Virus record (IMG/VR): IMGVR_UViG_3300047284_000378
Origin: a virus
DNA length: 64,000 nucleotides
Direction: 5' to 3' (one strand)
The notes beneath the pieces were generated by a model. That model was not told the origin of the DNA. It made no database searches and saw nothing but the letters and a program-made list of their open reading frames with translations. A program made the position numbers and the translations under genes. Shown one piece after another: positions 18,888 through 27,555 of the stretch. Each line of letters starts with the position of its first letter. Positions within the stretch are counted from its first letter, which is position 1.

Positions 18888-18998
18888 GTGGTCGTGAGTG
18901 GAACATGGAAGACCTCCGGTCCGTTGCGAAACGCACTAGGGAATAGGGCGCCGTCTTAGACACAGCCTTTGTAGGTTCGAATCCTACCGACCACACCA
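18888..18998 (+). tRNA. Oversized (111 nt) tRNA-Leu(UAG)-like RNA with an insertion of about 34 nt
   Basis: Perfect acceptor GTGGTCG/CGACCAC, A73, CCA; T-arm GTAGG-TTCGAAT-CCTAC; Leu-type D-loop; anticodon-like loop CT-TAG-AC at 18955-18961. Confidence 0.75.
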
Positions 18999-19043
18999 GA
19001 TTCTATGATAAGTAGAATACTACTAACAAAGAGGAAACATTAT

Positions 19044-19247
19044 ATGTCAAACACAGTAGAACAACTTAAAGCACAATTTGAAGAATTCCTAGCAGAAGAT
19101 GCTAAATTTTCAGGCGGAAATTCTGCAGCAGGTACTCGTGCTCGTAAAGCACTTCAGGAAGTCGCCAAGTTAGTCAAGGCACGTCGTAACGAAATCACAG
19201 AAGAAAAGAACGCTCGTAAAGAAGCCAAAGCCGCAGCAAAGGCCTAA
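19044..19247 (+). CDS. Small basic Hc1 (histone H1-like) family protein
   Basis: KFSGGNSAAGTRARKALQEVAKLVKARRNEI and Lys/Ala-rich tail; SD GAGGA. Confidence 0.65.
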   Translation: MSNTVEQLKAQFEEFLAEDAKFSGGNSAAGTRARKALQEVAKLVKARRNEITEEKNARKEAKAAAKA

Positions 19248-19248
19248 T

Positions 19249-19746
19249 ATGGACGATAAGGATACCTATATCCTTAGCGGCAGCGGAACTGACAGCATCA
19301 CAGTCACAGATACAGTAACCCTGGATCTTGACTTTGGTGCTGCTCAACCTGCATTGACCTCGACGGACATACAAACTATCACACTCGATGATCTGATCAC
19401 AACATCTACTATTACTTTTCCCCAAGCATCTTATTCTATCAGCGGTACTAGCATTAACAATAGTGTATATACTACAGGTACATCGGGATATACCTGGACA
19501 CAGCCCTATACTCCTACTGTTAATATTGGAAATAACGGTATTGACATGGCCGCTGGCACTGACATCAAGATCGACGGTAAGAGTCTTAAAGAGTTTATGA
19601 CAAAAATGGAACAACGATTATCTATTCTTGTTCCTGATCCCGAAAAATTAGAAAAGTTTGAAGCTCTTAAGAAAGCCTATGAGCATTACAAAACCATGGA
19701 AGCCTTATGCTTCCCTGAAGAGAAAGACAAAAAGAATGAATGTTAA
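19249..19746 (+). CDS. Hypothetical protein
   Basis: Thr-rich N-terminus; C-terminal PDPEKLEKFEALKKAYEHYK. Confidence 0.7.
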   Translation: MDDKDTYILSGSGTDSITVTDTVTLDLDFGAAQPALTSTDIQTITLDDLITTSTITFPQASYSISGTSINNSVYTTGTSGYTWTQPYTPTVNIGNNGIDMAAGTDIKIDGKSLKEFMTKMEQRLSILVPDPEKLEKFEALKKAYEHYKTMEALCFPEEKDKKNEC

Positions 19747-20407
19747 ACTCGTATCCTATTCACAACCAACAGGCGAATTTAGAGATATGGGCATCTCAGA
19801 TGCGCAGGAACTCATTGCGTATTGCGCCCGTGTGTCCAATCCATCCAACCAACTCAATACAGAGACATCAGAGAAGCTTATACGATATCTTGTTAAACAC
19901 GCACACTGGAGTCCCTTGGAGATGGTTTCAGCCTGCGTCGAAATCACCACAACCAGAGATATCGCAAGACAGATCTTACGTCATAGAAGTTTCTCCTTTC
20001 AAGAGTTCAGTCAGCGATATGCTGACCCTACTAAAGACCTCTCGTTCGTACTTCGAGAAGCACGACTTCAAGACCCAAAGAATAGACAGAACAGCGTCGA
20101 AACAGATGACGAACGCCTACAAAGAGAATGGGAACTTAGGCAAAACAATGTCATCACCGAAGCCAGACTGGCCTATGAATGGGCTATCTCTAAGGGCATA
20201 GCTAAAGAACAGGCTCGTGCAGTTCTTCCAGAGGGATTGATAGAAAGTAAACTGTATATGAACGGCACACTGCGTTCATGGGTACACTTTATCGAACTAC
20301 GCTCGGCAAATGGCACACAAAAAGAACATCAGCTAGTAGCACTGGCCTGCGCCAAAGCCATCGCCGCTATCTTTCCTATGACTGAAAGTCTAATTCAAAA
20401 TGGATGA
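19736..20407 (+). CDS. thyX: Flavin-dependent thymidylate synthase
   Basis: HWSPLE, RQILRHRSFSFQEFSQRY, EQARAVLP and RSWVHFIELR motifs. Confidence 0.95.
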   Translation: MNVKLVSYSQPTGEFRDMGISDAQELIAYCARVSNPSNQLNTETSEKLIRYLVKHAHWSPLEMVSACVEITTTRDIARQILRHRSFSFQEFSQRYADPTKDLSFVLREARLQDPKNRQNSVETDDERLQREWELRQNNVITEARLAYEWAISKGIAKEQARAVLPEGLIESKLYMNGTLRSWVHFIELRSANGTQKEHQLVALACAKAIAAIFPMTESLIQNG

Positions 20408-20783
20408 AGAACTCAAAGATTTCTGTAAGAATTATGAAGTCCGTATCCTAAACGATCAAAAGTATAGGGCACGATATCATCCTCCTAAATTTTTTACAAT
20501 CCCCGAACGTGCTGACATCATTCGCAATGATATTGTTGAGTTTGAACGAGAAAGAGTATTCACTTTAGAAATACCCGAAGGTAGAATGCGATCATTGATA
20601 GAAATGGAACGACGTTTTTACAAATGGCAGCGCCATAGTCCGGGCGAGATTGATATGTTCGAAACTCTAATGAACAAAGAGCGGGAAGAAGCATACTATC
20701 GTAATACCAGTCCTGCTGTCCAAAAAGCCTACGAGCAATACTCGATCATGCTCAATCTAGCTGGTTACCAAAAGAAATTTTGA
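20400..20783 (+). CDS. Hypothetical protein
   Basis: 127-aa ORF coupled to thyX. Confidence 0.7.
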   Translation: MDEELKDFCKNYEVRILNDQKYRARYHPPKFFTIPERADIIRNDIVEFERERVFTLEIPEGRMRSLIEMERRFYKWQRHSPGEIDMFETLMNKEREEAYYRNTSPAVQKAYEQYSIMLNLAGYQKKF

Positions 20784-20800
20784 TTCGAAATTGATATATC

Positions 20801-20829
20801 TTGACAGGTTTTTAGAAATCTCGTATAAT
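20801..20829 (+). promoter_or_regulatory. Sigma70 promoter, perfect consensus
   Basis: TTGACA 20801-20806, 17 nt, TATAAT 20824-20829. Confidence 0.85.
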
Positions 20830-20856
20830 TAATGTGTTCGACAGAAAGAAAATCAT

Positions 20857-21672
20857 ATGAGAAATTATTGGACTTGCTCAAAATTCGCAGATTGGATCCG
20901 CGGCACTACTAAACTGAAGTGTGGTACTGGCAAAGAATGGCGTGAATGGGAAGAGGCCGCTAAGGCCAAATACCCAATCCGCTGGTGGCTGGCTGAAGAA
21001 GGTTTGGACAAAATTCAAGATGTTTGGTGCTATATTCCAGAAAGGATCAACGATGTTCGCTACTATATCAACAATCGTTGGGTTACCCGTACTCATGCTC
21101 TTACTGCCCATCCTAGGGACATTCCTCGTGGCCAATGGCGTGATGTAGGAAATCGTTTTCTTCCTTGTCTTTTTAATGAGCTTGTGGATTTCATCGAAAT
21201 AGAACAAGCATGGCATCACTGTCTTTGGGATAACGAAGCCCGTAAAAAATACAACTATCCTTGGTGGCGCCGCTGGTATCGCCAATGGCGTTGCCCAGAA
21301 GCAGGTATTGCCTACCTTAATTGGGCAATGACCTTGACCAACGAAGAGTTTTTAGACGAGGGCGAGAAGCACAAAGCAGAACCTACATATCAAGCCAAAG
21401 CTGCTCGTGAAATGTTAGAACTCTATACGTGGTGGAAGGAAGTCTATCCAAATCGTCCCGATGTACACGATGCTAGTGGTTGGACTGCCTACTGTGAAAT
21501 GCGCAGAGAAAAAGGCTACAAGTTCTTTGACATGGAAGATAAGACTCCTGAAGAAGCAGAACAGTGCCGTACTGCTCTAGATAAAAGCCACGAAATCGAA
21601 AAGGCCTATAATGACGAAGACGAAGCTATGATGATTCGTCTAATTAAAATCCGAGAGAGTCTATGGACCTAA
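20857..21672 (+). CDS. Hypothetical protein (Trp-rich)
   Basis: 271-aa ORF downstream of a consensus promoter. Confidence 0.75.
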   Translation: MRNYWTCSKFADWIRGTTKLKCGTGKEWREWEEAAKAKYPIRWWLAEEGLDKIQDVWCYIPERINDVRYYINNRWVTRTHALTAHPRDIPRGQWRDVGNRFLPCLFNELVDFIEIEQAWHHCLWDNEARKKYNYPWWRRWYRQWRCPEAGIAYLNWAMTLTNEEFLDEGEKHKAEPTYQAKAAREMLELYTWWKEVYPNRPDVHDASGWTAYCEMRREKGYKFFDMEDKTPEEAEQCRTALDKSHEIEKAYNDEDEAMMIRLIKIRESLWT

Positions 21673-21884
21673 CCGAAAAAACCGGTAACAGTGTAGAAGA
21701 TCTTTACTCTAAATATCTGCAATTTACAGGAATCATGCTAGAAGATTATGATGCTATGGAGGTAGCTGCCATCATGGCTGCACAGGCATTAAGCCTTTAT
21801 AAGACCTGCATGAGCGAAGAAGATTATCAAAAAATGGTAGAAAGTATCTACGATAATAGAAACGAGGTAAAAACTTTTGGATAA
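21663..21884 (+). CDS. Hypothetical protein
   Basis: Overlapping operon ORF. Confidence 0.65.
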   Translation: MDLTEKTGNSVEDLYSKYLQFTGIMLEDYDAMEVAAIMAAQALSLYKTCMSEEDYQKMVESIYDNRNEVKTFG

Positions 21885-22281
21885 AATGAAATCACAAACT
21901 CCGGCAGAAGGTATTTTGAAAAAGGACGACTGGGGTGACGCTAAGACATATCATGTGGTCTGCGACTGCGGTGCCGATGATCACACTCATAATCTTTGGG
22001 TAGAAGCGGACGATTTGGGTATCACTGTGACCATTTATGCAACTGTTAAAAGTCCTTGGTGGTCTATGAATCGTTGGAAACAGATCTGGACTCTGATCAC
22101 CAAAGGTTATCTCGAACATCAAACAGTACTAACAATCAATCAACAGTCTGCACTCAATTATGCAGAAACTCTTAAAACCGCAATCAAAGACGTAGAAATT
22201 TTTAGACAACAAAGATTATCTAAAAAAGATATTGCCAACCAGGTAGCCGCAAAATTAGCTCAACAATCTGACTGTGTATGA
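21877..22281 (+). CDS. Hypothetical protein
   Basis: Operon ORF with a CDCG...H motif. Confidence 0.65.
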   Translation: MDKMKSQTPAEGILKKDDWGDAKTYHVVCDCGADDHTHNLWVEADDLGITVTIYATVKSPWWSMNRWKQIWTLITKGYLEHQTVLTINQQSALNYAETLKTAIKDVEIFRQQRLSKKDIANQVAAKLAQQSDCV

Positions 22282-22823
22282 CTAAAGTTTCAAAAAGCCC
22301 CCAAAGGCATACTTTCCAAAAAGAAGGTTATGTCAAGCGTCAGGCTGAAAAAGGCGAACCCGTCAACGAGGATTATCTAGATTTTTTTGAGAGCTCTCTC
22401 AACCAATATGATGCTAGATTTGACGATCCTCAAAAGCGCATCAACAATATGGAGTACGATCTCCTAACCACCGATTGGATCTTGGAGAAAGTTCGTACCG
22501 ATAATTACTATGCCCAAAATTTATATGCGGCTATGTGCAATAACGGATTTATTAAATTGGAAGTCATTCCTGTGCTCAAAGGTGAGGAATGGGGTTGCAG
22601 TTGGCGCTATGCCGGCGGCATAATTGCAGACATGCAACAACAGGGAGATTACATCGATTGGTATTGTTCGGGTATTCGAAACGATGGTTATCATAGCGAG
22701 TTAGATACCATATCTCCAGAACGATATGTACCAGAAGGTTGTATTACCGACGAGATCCGGACAGATCTCCAACGTCTCGGTTGGGCAGTGGCGCCTGGTG
22801 GAGATTGGGAAAATTTTAAATAA
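22278..22823 (+). CDS. Hypothetical protein
   Basis: ATGA overlap; YAQNLYAAMCNN and SWRYAGGIIAD motifs. Confidence 0.7.
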   Translation: MTKVSKSPQRHTFQKEGYVKRQAEKGEPVNEDYLDFFESSLNQYDARFDDPQKRINNMEYDLLTTDWILEKVRTDNYYAQNLYAAMCNNGFIKLEVIPVLKGEEWGCSWRYAGGIIADMQQQGDYIDWYCSGIRNDGYHSELDTISPERYVPEGCITDEIRTDLQRLGWAVAPGGDWENFK

Positions 22824-22848
22824 CCTGATAGGAGAAAAGTAAAACAAA

Positions 22849-23040
22849 ATGACCTGGGAACTTTATGAGGTCTGGTCCGAAGATTCTGAGGGCCATGAAG
22901 AGCTTATTGATACTACCAAGAGCCGAAAAGAAGCCTTACATTTGGCTAGAAAAGCCCTAAATGAGGGGGCAGATGTAGCCAAAGTCTTTAGAGAGTCCGA
23001 CGACGGCGACTACGAAGAAATTGAACGGTTGACATCATGA
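22849..23040 (+). CDS. Hypothetical protein
   Basis: SD AGGAG; 63 aa, acidic. Confidence 0.65.
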   Translation: MTWELYEVWSEDSEGHEELIDTTKSRKEALHLARKALNEGADVAKVFRESDDGDYEEIERLTS

Positions 23041-23057
23041 TCATTTGGTGCTATAAT
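23029..23057 (+). promoter_or_regulatory. Sigma70 promoter with extended -10
   Basis: TTGACA 23029-23034, 17 nt, TG-C-TATAAT 23049-23057. Confidence 0.85.
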
Positions 23058-23089
23058 AGATACATACAGTTAATTCATAGGAGCAACTA

Positions 23090-24274
23090 ATGGCTAAGGC
23101 AGCAACCAAAACTCGTGTTACTAAGAAGCATGTAGCCGAGCATCGTTCAGCATCTAAGCGCGATCTAAGTCCGAAATGGGACGGTCAAGAATCGTGGAGT
23201 GCTGATCAGTTCAGTCGCCATTTTAGAATTTCCATGGAATACTACAGGATCGAAAGCAGCGGCAAAGATCTCAAGCCTAAGGTTATCAATTGGATGTCTG
23301 TGAATGGATATACCAAAGATCAAATCAAAGCATTCAAAGACACTAAAGATTTTCGCTGTAATCTAACCATGGGTGCTATCGCTGCTAATTTGCTTCGAGG
23401 TATGCCTCCTGTACGAGCAGACTTCAACGAAGGTCGTAATACCGCAGATTGGTTGGGTCAAGCCATTCGAAAGGTCATCGATGAAGGCAAAGACGACTTT
23501 GAACCCGAAGTTGTTGAAGAAGCTCCAACCGTCCCAGTAATGTCAATCCAGGATCGTGTACGTGAAGCCACTTTTGGAATGACTGAAGAGATCGAAGATA
23601 CACTGGAATCTTTTGTCAAAGATCCCGAATCATTTGATCCTAAAGCGTTCAAGTTGTTAAACCTTCTACGAGGTAAACAGGCCAAAGCCGCTCATGCTCG
23701 TATTATCAAAGACTTCTATCAGCGTCAATACAACGAGTATCTCGAACTGCAAGAAGGCAAGTGCGATCAACTCAAAGAAGCCTACAGTCATTTGACCAAA
23801 GTTCAAGTAAAGAAAATCATTACGTTTTATCAGGAAATCCTTTCAGCCTGCGATATGCTGATGCAGGAAGCTAAGATCAATCGCAAGCCTCGTGCTAAGA
23901 AGTCTAAGCCCGTGGAAAAGATCGTTGAAAAGCTCAAGTATATGAAGCAAGACGACAAGCTCAAGCTAGTCTCTATCAGTCCCGCAGATATCGTAGGTGC
24001 TAAAGAACTGTGGGTTTTCAATGTTAAAACTCGCAAGTTGGGCAAGTATGTGACCGGAGAGTTCAACGAGCTAGGCGTTAAGGGTACCAGTATCACAGGC
24101 TACGATGAGCACAAGAGTGTACAAAAGACCCTGCGTAAGCCCGAAGAGCAGCTCAAAGAGTTCAAGGCTGCGGGCAAAGTGGCTCTGCGCAAGTTCCTCG
24201 AGGACATTAAAGCAGTAGATATCAAGCTCAACGGTCGTATCAACGAAGATACGATACTGCTAAAGGTAGCCTGA
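23090..24274 (+). CDS. Hypothetical protein
   Basis: 394-aa ORF with SD AGGAG. Confidence 0.8.
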   Translation: MAKAATKTRVTKKHVAEHRSASKRDLSPKWDGQESWSADQFSRHFRISMEYYRIESSGKDLKPKVINWMSVNGYTKDQIKAFKDTKDFRCNLTMGAIAANLLRGMPPVRADFNEGRNTADWLGQAIRKVIDEGKDDFEPEVVEEAPTVPVMSIQDRVREATFGMTEEIEDTLESFVKDPESFDPKAFKLLNLLRGKQAKAAHARIIKDFYQRQYNEYLELQEGKCDQLKEAYSHLTKVQVKKIITFYQEILSACDMLMQEAKINRKPRAKKSKPVEKIVEKLKYMKQDDKLKLVSISPADIVGAKELWVFNVKTRKLGKYVTGEFNELGVKGTSITGYDEHKSVQKTLRKPEEQLKEFKAAGKVALRKFLEDIKAVDIKLNGRINEDTILLKVA

Positions 24275-24304
24275 TATTTGTTTTAGAGTTTGATAAATAA
24301 TGGT

Positions 24305-25180
24305 ATGAACAATACCAACATAGATCAAACTCTAAACGACCTCAACAAAGTACTCAAAGACCTTGTAGAAGCCGCACACCAACCGGTAGCACAAGAAGTT
24401 ACGCAATTCTTAGAATTCCGTGCTAAAAAAGGTTCAGGCAATTCGGGCAAAGGTATAATCTGGAGTGGTCAGGGTCATACTAAACAGTTCGTTTACAACG
24501 AAGAACCAGATAGATTTTTCTCTTCTGAGTCCATAGAACTAGACAAAGATAAGAACATATCTATAGCGGGCGTCAAAGTTCTAGACAGCAAAGAACTAGG
24601 TTCCGGAATCACAAAAAGTAATCTGCAGACTGTTGGCAGACTAAAAGGTCTGATCGTCGACGGCTCTGTCAACATCAATCAATATCTGATCTATAATGGT
24701 TCTGTTGATCGTCTTGGACTAGGCACCGAAGCTCCTAATGCTGCTCTATCTGTAGCAGAAATGGGCATCGAAGTTATGGTAGGAACCACCGACGACCTTC
24801 AGGGTATGGTAGGTACCTTTGCTTCGACGGATTTTAATATCGTCACTGACAACACTTCTCGTATCGCTGTCAAGGCCAACGGTAATATTGATCTGGGTAA
24901 TCCAAATAGAAATCCCATACAGGTTAAAATAAATGGCAAACTAAGCATCGGCGTGCAAGTGCCAGATCCTGCTGTTGATCTACATGTTGCAGGTCCTGTA
25001 AGATTTAACGGTCACATACAGATGTATGCATCTGCACCGCCACAGAGCGGAACCTATGCTGTAGGAGATATGATCTGGAATGAGTCTCCAAGAGTTGGTG
25101 CAAACATAGGTTGGGTATGTCTAAGAGCAGGCAGTCCGGGTGCATGGTATCCGTTCGGAGAAATCAAAGAGCGAGGCTAA
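24305..25180 (+). CDS. Putative virion structural protein
   Basis: TAAATA at 24294-24299, 5 nt before the ATG; beta-rich fibre-like sequence ending GWVC...PGAWYPFG. Confidence 0.55.
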   Translation: MNNTNIDQTLNDLNKVLKDLVEAAHQPVAQEVTQFLEFRAKKGSGNSGKGIIWSGQGHTKQFVYNEEPDRFFSSESIELDKDKNISIAGVKVLDSKELGSGITKSNLQTVGRLKGLIVDGSVNINQYLIYNGSVDRLGLGTEAPNAALSVAEMGIEVMVGTTDDLQGMVGTFASTDFNIVTDNTSRIAVKANGNIDLGNPNRNPIQVKINGKLSIGVQVPDPAVDLHVAGPVRFNGHIQMYASAPPQSGTYAVGDMIWNESPRVGANIGWVCLRAGSPGAWYPFGEIKERG

Positions 25181-25772
25181 ATTGTCTGCGCTGGTAATAG
25201 GCAACGGCGAAAGTCGCTCGTCTTTGGATCTAATCGAATTATCTAAAAACAAAATAACGATCGGTTGCAATGCTCTGCACAGAGATTTTGTCACAGATCA
25301 TCTCGTCTGCTGCGATGCTCGCATGGTCAGAGAAGCTCTATCTAATCCCAAAACTTCAAGGTCCAAAATCTACGTTAGAGATTCTTGGTACGCTACCTTT
25401 AGAAAGATACAGAAGAATAAGAACATTTTTCTCTTGCCAGAGCTTCCATATCAAGGAAGCCTAAGACCTGATAATCCCACACATTGGGGTAGTGGCAGCT
25501 ATGCTGTTCTGGTATCTGCATCGCTATGCGAAGATGTTACTCTGATAGGTTTCGATCTCTACGGCAGGCAAGGTCAAGTGAATAACATATATAAAAACAC
25601 AGAAAACTATGCCAAGGAAGAATCAGCTGCTATAGATCATAGCTACTGGGTTTACCAGATATCAAAAGTATTTGACTGTTTCCCAAACACTAGGTTTAAA
25701 ATCTTAAATCATCATTATTGGTGCATGCCCGAAGAATGGCAAAAAAATAATGTTGAATTTGTTGCATTATAA
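25140..25772 (+). CDS. Glycosyltransferase-like protein (Maf/DUF115-like)
   Basis: ALVIGNGESR, IGCNALHRDF, LVCCD, GSGSYA and LIGFDL motifs; start codon uncertain. Confidence 0.55.
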   Translation: MHGIRSEKSKSEAKLSALVIGNGESRSSLDLIELSKNKITIGCNALHRDFVTDHLVCCDARMVREALSNPKTSRSKIYVRDSWYATFRKIQKNKNIFLLPELPYQGSLRPDNPTHWGSGSYAVLVSASLCEDVTLIGFDLYGRQGQVNNIYKNTENYAKEESAAIDHSYWVYQISKVFDCFPNTRFKILNHHYWCMPEEWQKNNVEFVAL

Positions 25773-25790
25773 ATACTCTCACAGTATAAT
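25762..25790 (+). promoter_or_regulatory. Nested sigma70 and late promoters for queD
   Basis: TTGCAT 25762-25767, 17 nt, TATAAT 25785-25790; perfect TATAAATA at 25768-25775. Confidence 0.7.
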
Positions 25791-25803
25791 ATACACTTAC
25801 ACA

Positions 25804-25859
25804 CAGAGCACAGCGGTCTCCAATGGCATTCAACCCGCTATATAAATTCTGCATGTCAT
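25804..25859 (+). ncRNA. Candidate preQ1/preQ0-like riboswitch pseudoknot in the queD 5' UTR
   Basis: P1 AGCGG/CCGCT; loop ATGGCAT pairs with ATGTCAT at 25853-25859; A-rich linker ATATAAA. Confidence 0.5.
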
Positions 25860-25894
25860 CAAACTTACTCGCTTATTTTTACAGGAGGCAAGAG

Positions 25895-26437
25895 ATGGCG
25901 AAATATTACTCAACAAAAACTTACGGCAACGATAGAGGTCTTAGTTGTTGCTTTAGACAATGGCGTGCCACACACAGCCATTGTTCACTGCTACATGGTT
26001 ACTCAATTGGTATCAAACTTGTGTTCGAATGCGACACACTAGATGAAAAGAATTGGGGCATGGATTTCGGTGGACTAAAAGATTTCAAAGCATGGGCAGA
26101 CTATATGTTTGATCATACCACAGTGATCGCTGAAGATGATCCACTATTACCTAGATTCAAAGAGATGGCCGGCTGGAGCAGTGATCCAGAGCATGATGGA
26201 AATCCGGAACGTGTACAAACTGAACCTTTCCATCGCAAGGGTGTCTGTGATCTACGCATCGTAGAAGGTGTTGGCTGCGAACTGTTTGCTAAGATGTGCT
26301 ATGATAAGATGGATTGGCTGCTGAAGAACGGTAATCACCGTTATCCGCTTAATCCAACTGTGCGTATCAAATCTGCAGAAGTATTTGAACACGCAGGCAA
26401 CTCTGCAATTTATCAAGTGGATTGGAATCTTGATTAA
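25895..26437 (+). CDS. queD: 6-carboxy-5,6,7,8-tetrahydropterin synthase (QueD/PTPS family)
   Basis: HSHCSLLHGYS, WGMDFGGLKDFK, MFDHT and final EVFE; SD AGGAGG. Confidence 0.85.
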   Translation: MAKYYSTKTYGNDRGLSCCFRQWRATHSHCSLLHGYSIGIKLVFECDTLDEKNWGMDFGGLKDFKAWADYMFDHTTVIAEDDPLLPRFKEMAGWSSDPEHDGNPERVQTEPFHRKGVCDLRIVEGVGCELFAKMCYDKMDWLLKNGNHRYPLNPTVRIKSAEVFEHAGNSAIYQVDWNLD

Positions 26438-27122
26438 TGTAATCTGTGTTCGATTAGGTAACAAATACGGCAGAGACTATGTAGAAAAACTACGTAACAT
26501 GGTTTCTAGGCATCTCACTCTGCCGTATCGATTTAATTGTCTCACAGATGATCAGCATCCCATAGACGGTGTCAATATCGTATACCTTCCAAGCCAAGGA
26601 TATAAAAAACTATGGTGGCATAAGGTACATCTGTTTGACCCGTCTCTTAATCTAGAAGGTAGGATACTATACTTCGATCTAGATGTTATCATCCATGATA
26701 ATATCAATAAATTAGTAGAAAACTACAAAGACGAATTCCTAGGCATTAGAGATTTCAATAGAAAATTCAATCCACAATGGAACATGTTGAACAGTTCTGT
26801 CATGAGTTGGAATGCTGGCCGACACCCTGACATTTTTACAGTTTTCAAAGATGATCTTAATAGAGCACAACGACTACACGGAGATCAAGATTGGATATGG
26901 CAGATAGCTAAGAATCGAATTAAATTTTGGCCTGAATTATGGATCCAAAGCTATAAATGGGAAATACGGGATCGAAACGAGCTGGCCTACGAAGGCGGTA
27001 AGAGATTTTTCAAAACAGTGAAGAATGTAAAGATTCCTCAGGACTGTAGTGTCTGTGTATTCCATGGTGATCCAAATCCTCACGATATACAAGATCCTTA
27101 TGTACTTGACAACTGGCGCTAA
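26430..27122 (+). CDS. GT-A fold glycosyltransferase
   Basis: NVICVRLGNKY, CLTDD, WWHKVHLF, YFDLDV (DxD), NSSVM, GDQDW and FHGDPNP; start codon uncertain (TTG). Confidence 0.75.
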   Translation: MINVICVRLGNKYGRDYVEKLRNMVSRHLTLPYRFNCLTDDQHPIDGVNIVYLPSQGYKKLWWHKVHLFDPSLNLEGRILYFDLDVIIHDNINKLVENYKDEFLGIRDFNRKFNPQWNMLNSSVMSWNAGRHPDIFTVFKDDLNRAQRLHGDQDWIWQIAKNRIKFWPELWIQSYKWEIRDRNELAYEGGKRFFKTVKNVKIPQDCSVCVFHGDPNPHDIQDPYVLDNWR

Positions 27123-27134
27123 CGATGTTATACT
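27106..27134 (+). promoter_or_regulatory. Sigma70 promoter with extended -10
   Basis: TTGACA 27106-27111, 17 nt, TG-T-TATACT; ATG at 27141. Confidence 0.8.
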
Positions 27135-27140
27135 TGTAGT

Positions 27141-27368
27141 ATGAAATTTACTACACATCAAAGTCAAATTCGTACAATCAAACAAGATGATTCTCGTTTT
27201 CGTATTGTTGACAAGTTTACAACCTGTGGTAGAGCAGGTTTTGAAATTTCTCAACAATGTCCTCGAGAATACAAGTTGATTCTCTCTGAATGTATAGATC
27301 GTGGATGGATACAACCTGTGGCATACATGACTGAACGAGAACTTCTTATTTCAGGACTGAGCCGTTGA
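27141..27368 (+). CDS. Hypothetical protein (probably leaderless)
   Basis: ATG 6 nt after the -10 box. Confidence 0.7.
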   Translation: MKFTTHQSQIRTIKQDDSRFRIVDKFTTCGRAGFEISQQCPREYKLILSECIDRGWIQPVAYMTERELLISGLSR

Positions 27369-27369
27369 T

Positions 27370-27555
27370 ATGGACATTCCCTATACTGACCAAGAATGCC
27401 GAGAGAAACTAAAAGACCTTTACGAAGGTCGTACATTGGTTATACCGGCCGACATTGACCATGCTTATCAAATGATGAATCTATCAATGATGTATATCAG
27501 AGACAACCAACAACGAATAATGAGTTATTTAAAACAGGATACTGTAAATGGTTAA
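27370..27555 (+). CDS. Hypothetical protein
   Basis: 61-aa operon ORF. Confidence 0.55.
   Translation: MDIPYTDQECREKLKDLYEGRTLVIPADIDHAYQMMNLSMMYIRDNQQRIMSYLKQDTVNG

Noticed and set aside
18888-18998. tmRNA, or an amber/opal suppressor tRNA
   Set aside because: There is no G3-U70 alanine identity pair or tag ORF. The only canonical anticodon loop reads UAG (Leu); the CTA at 18936 lacks U33 and a stem.
25823-25894. 24-aa N-terminal extension of QueD or a leader peptide
   Set aside because: The strong SD AGGAGG favours ATG 25895, and the upstream ATG lies inside the predicted pseudoknot stem.
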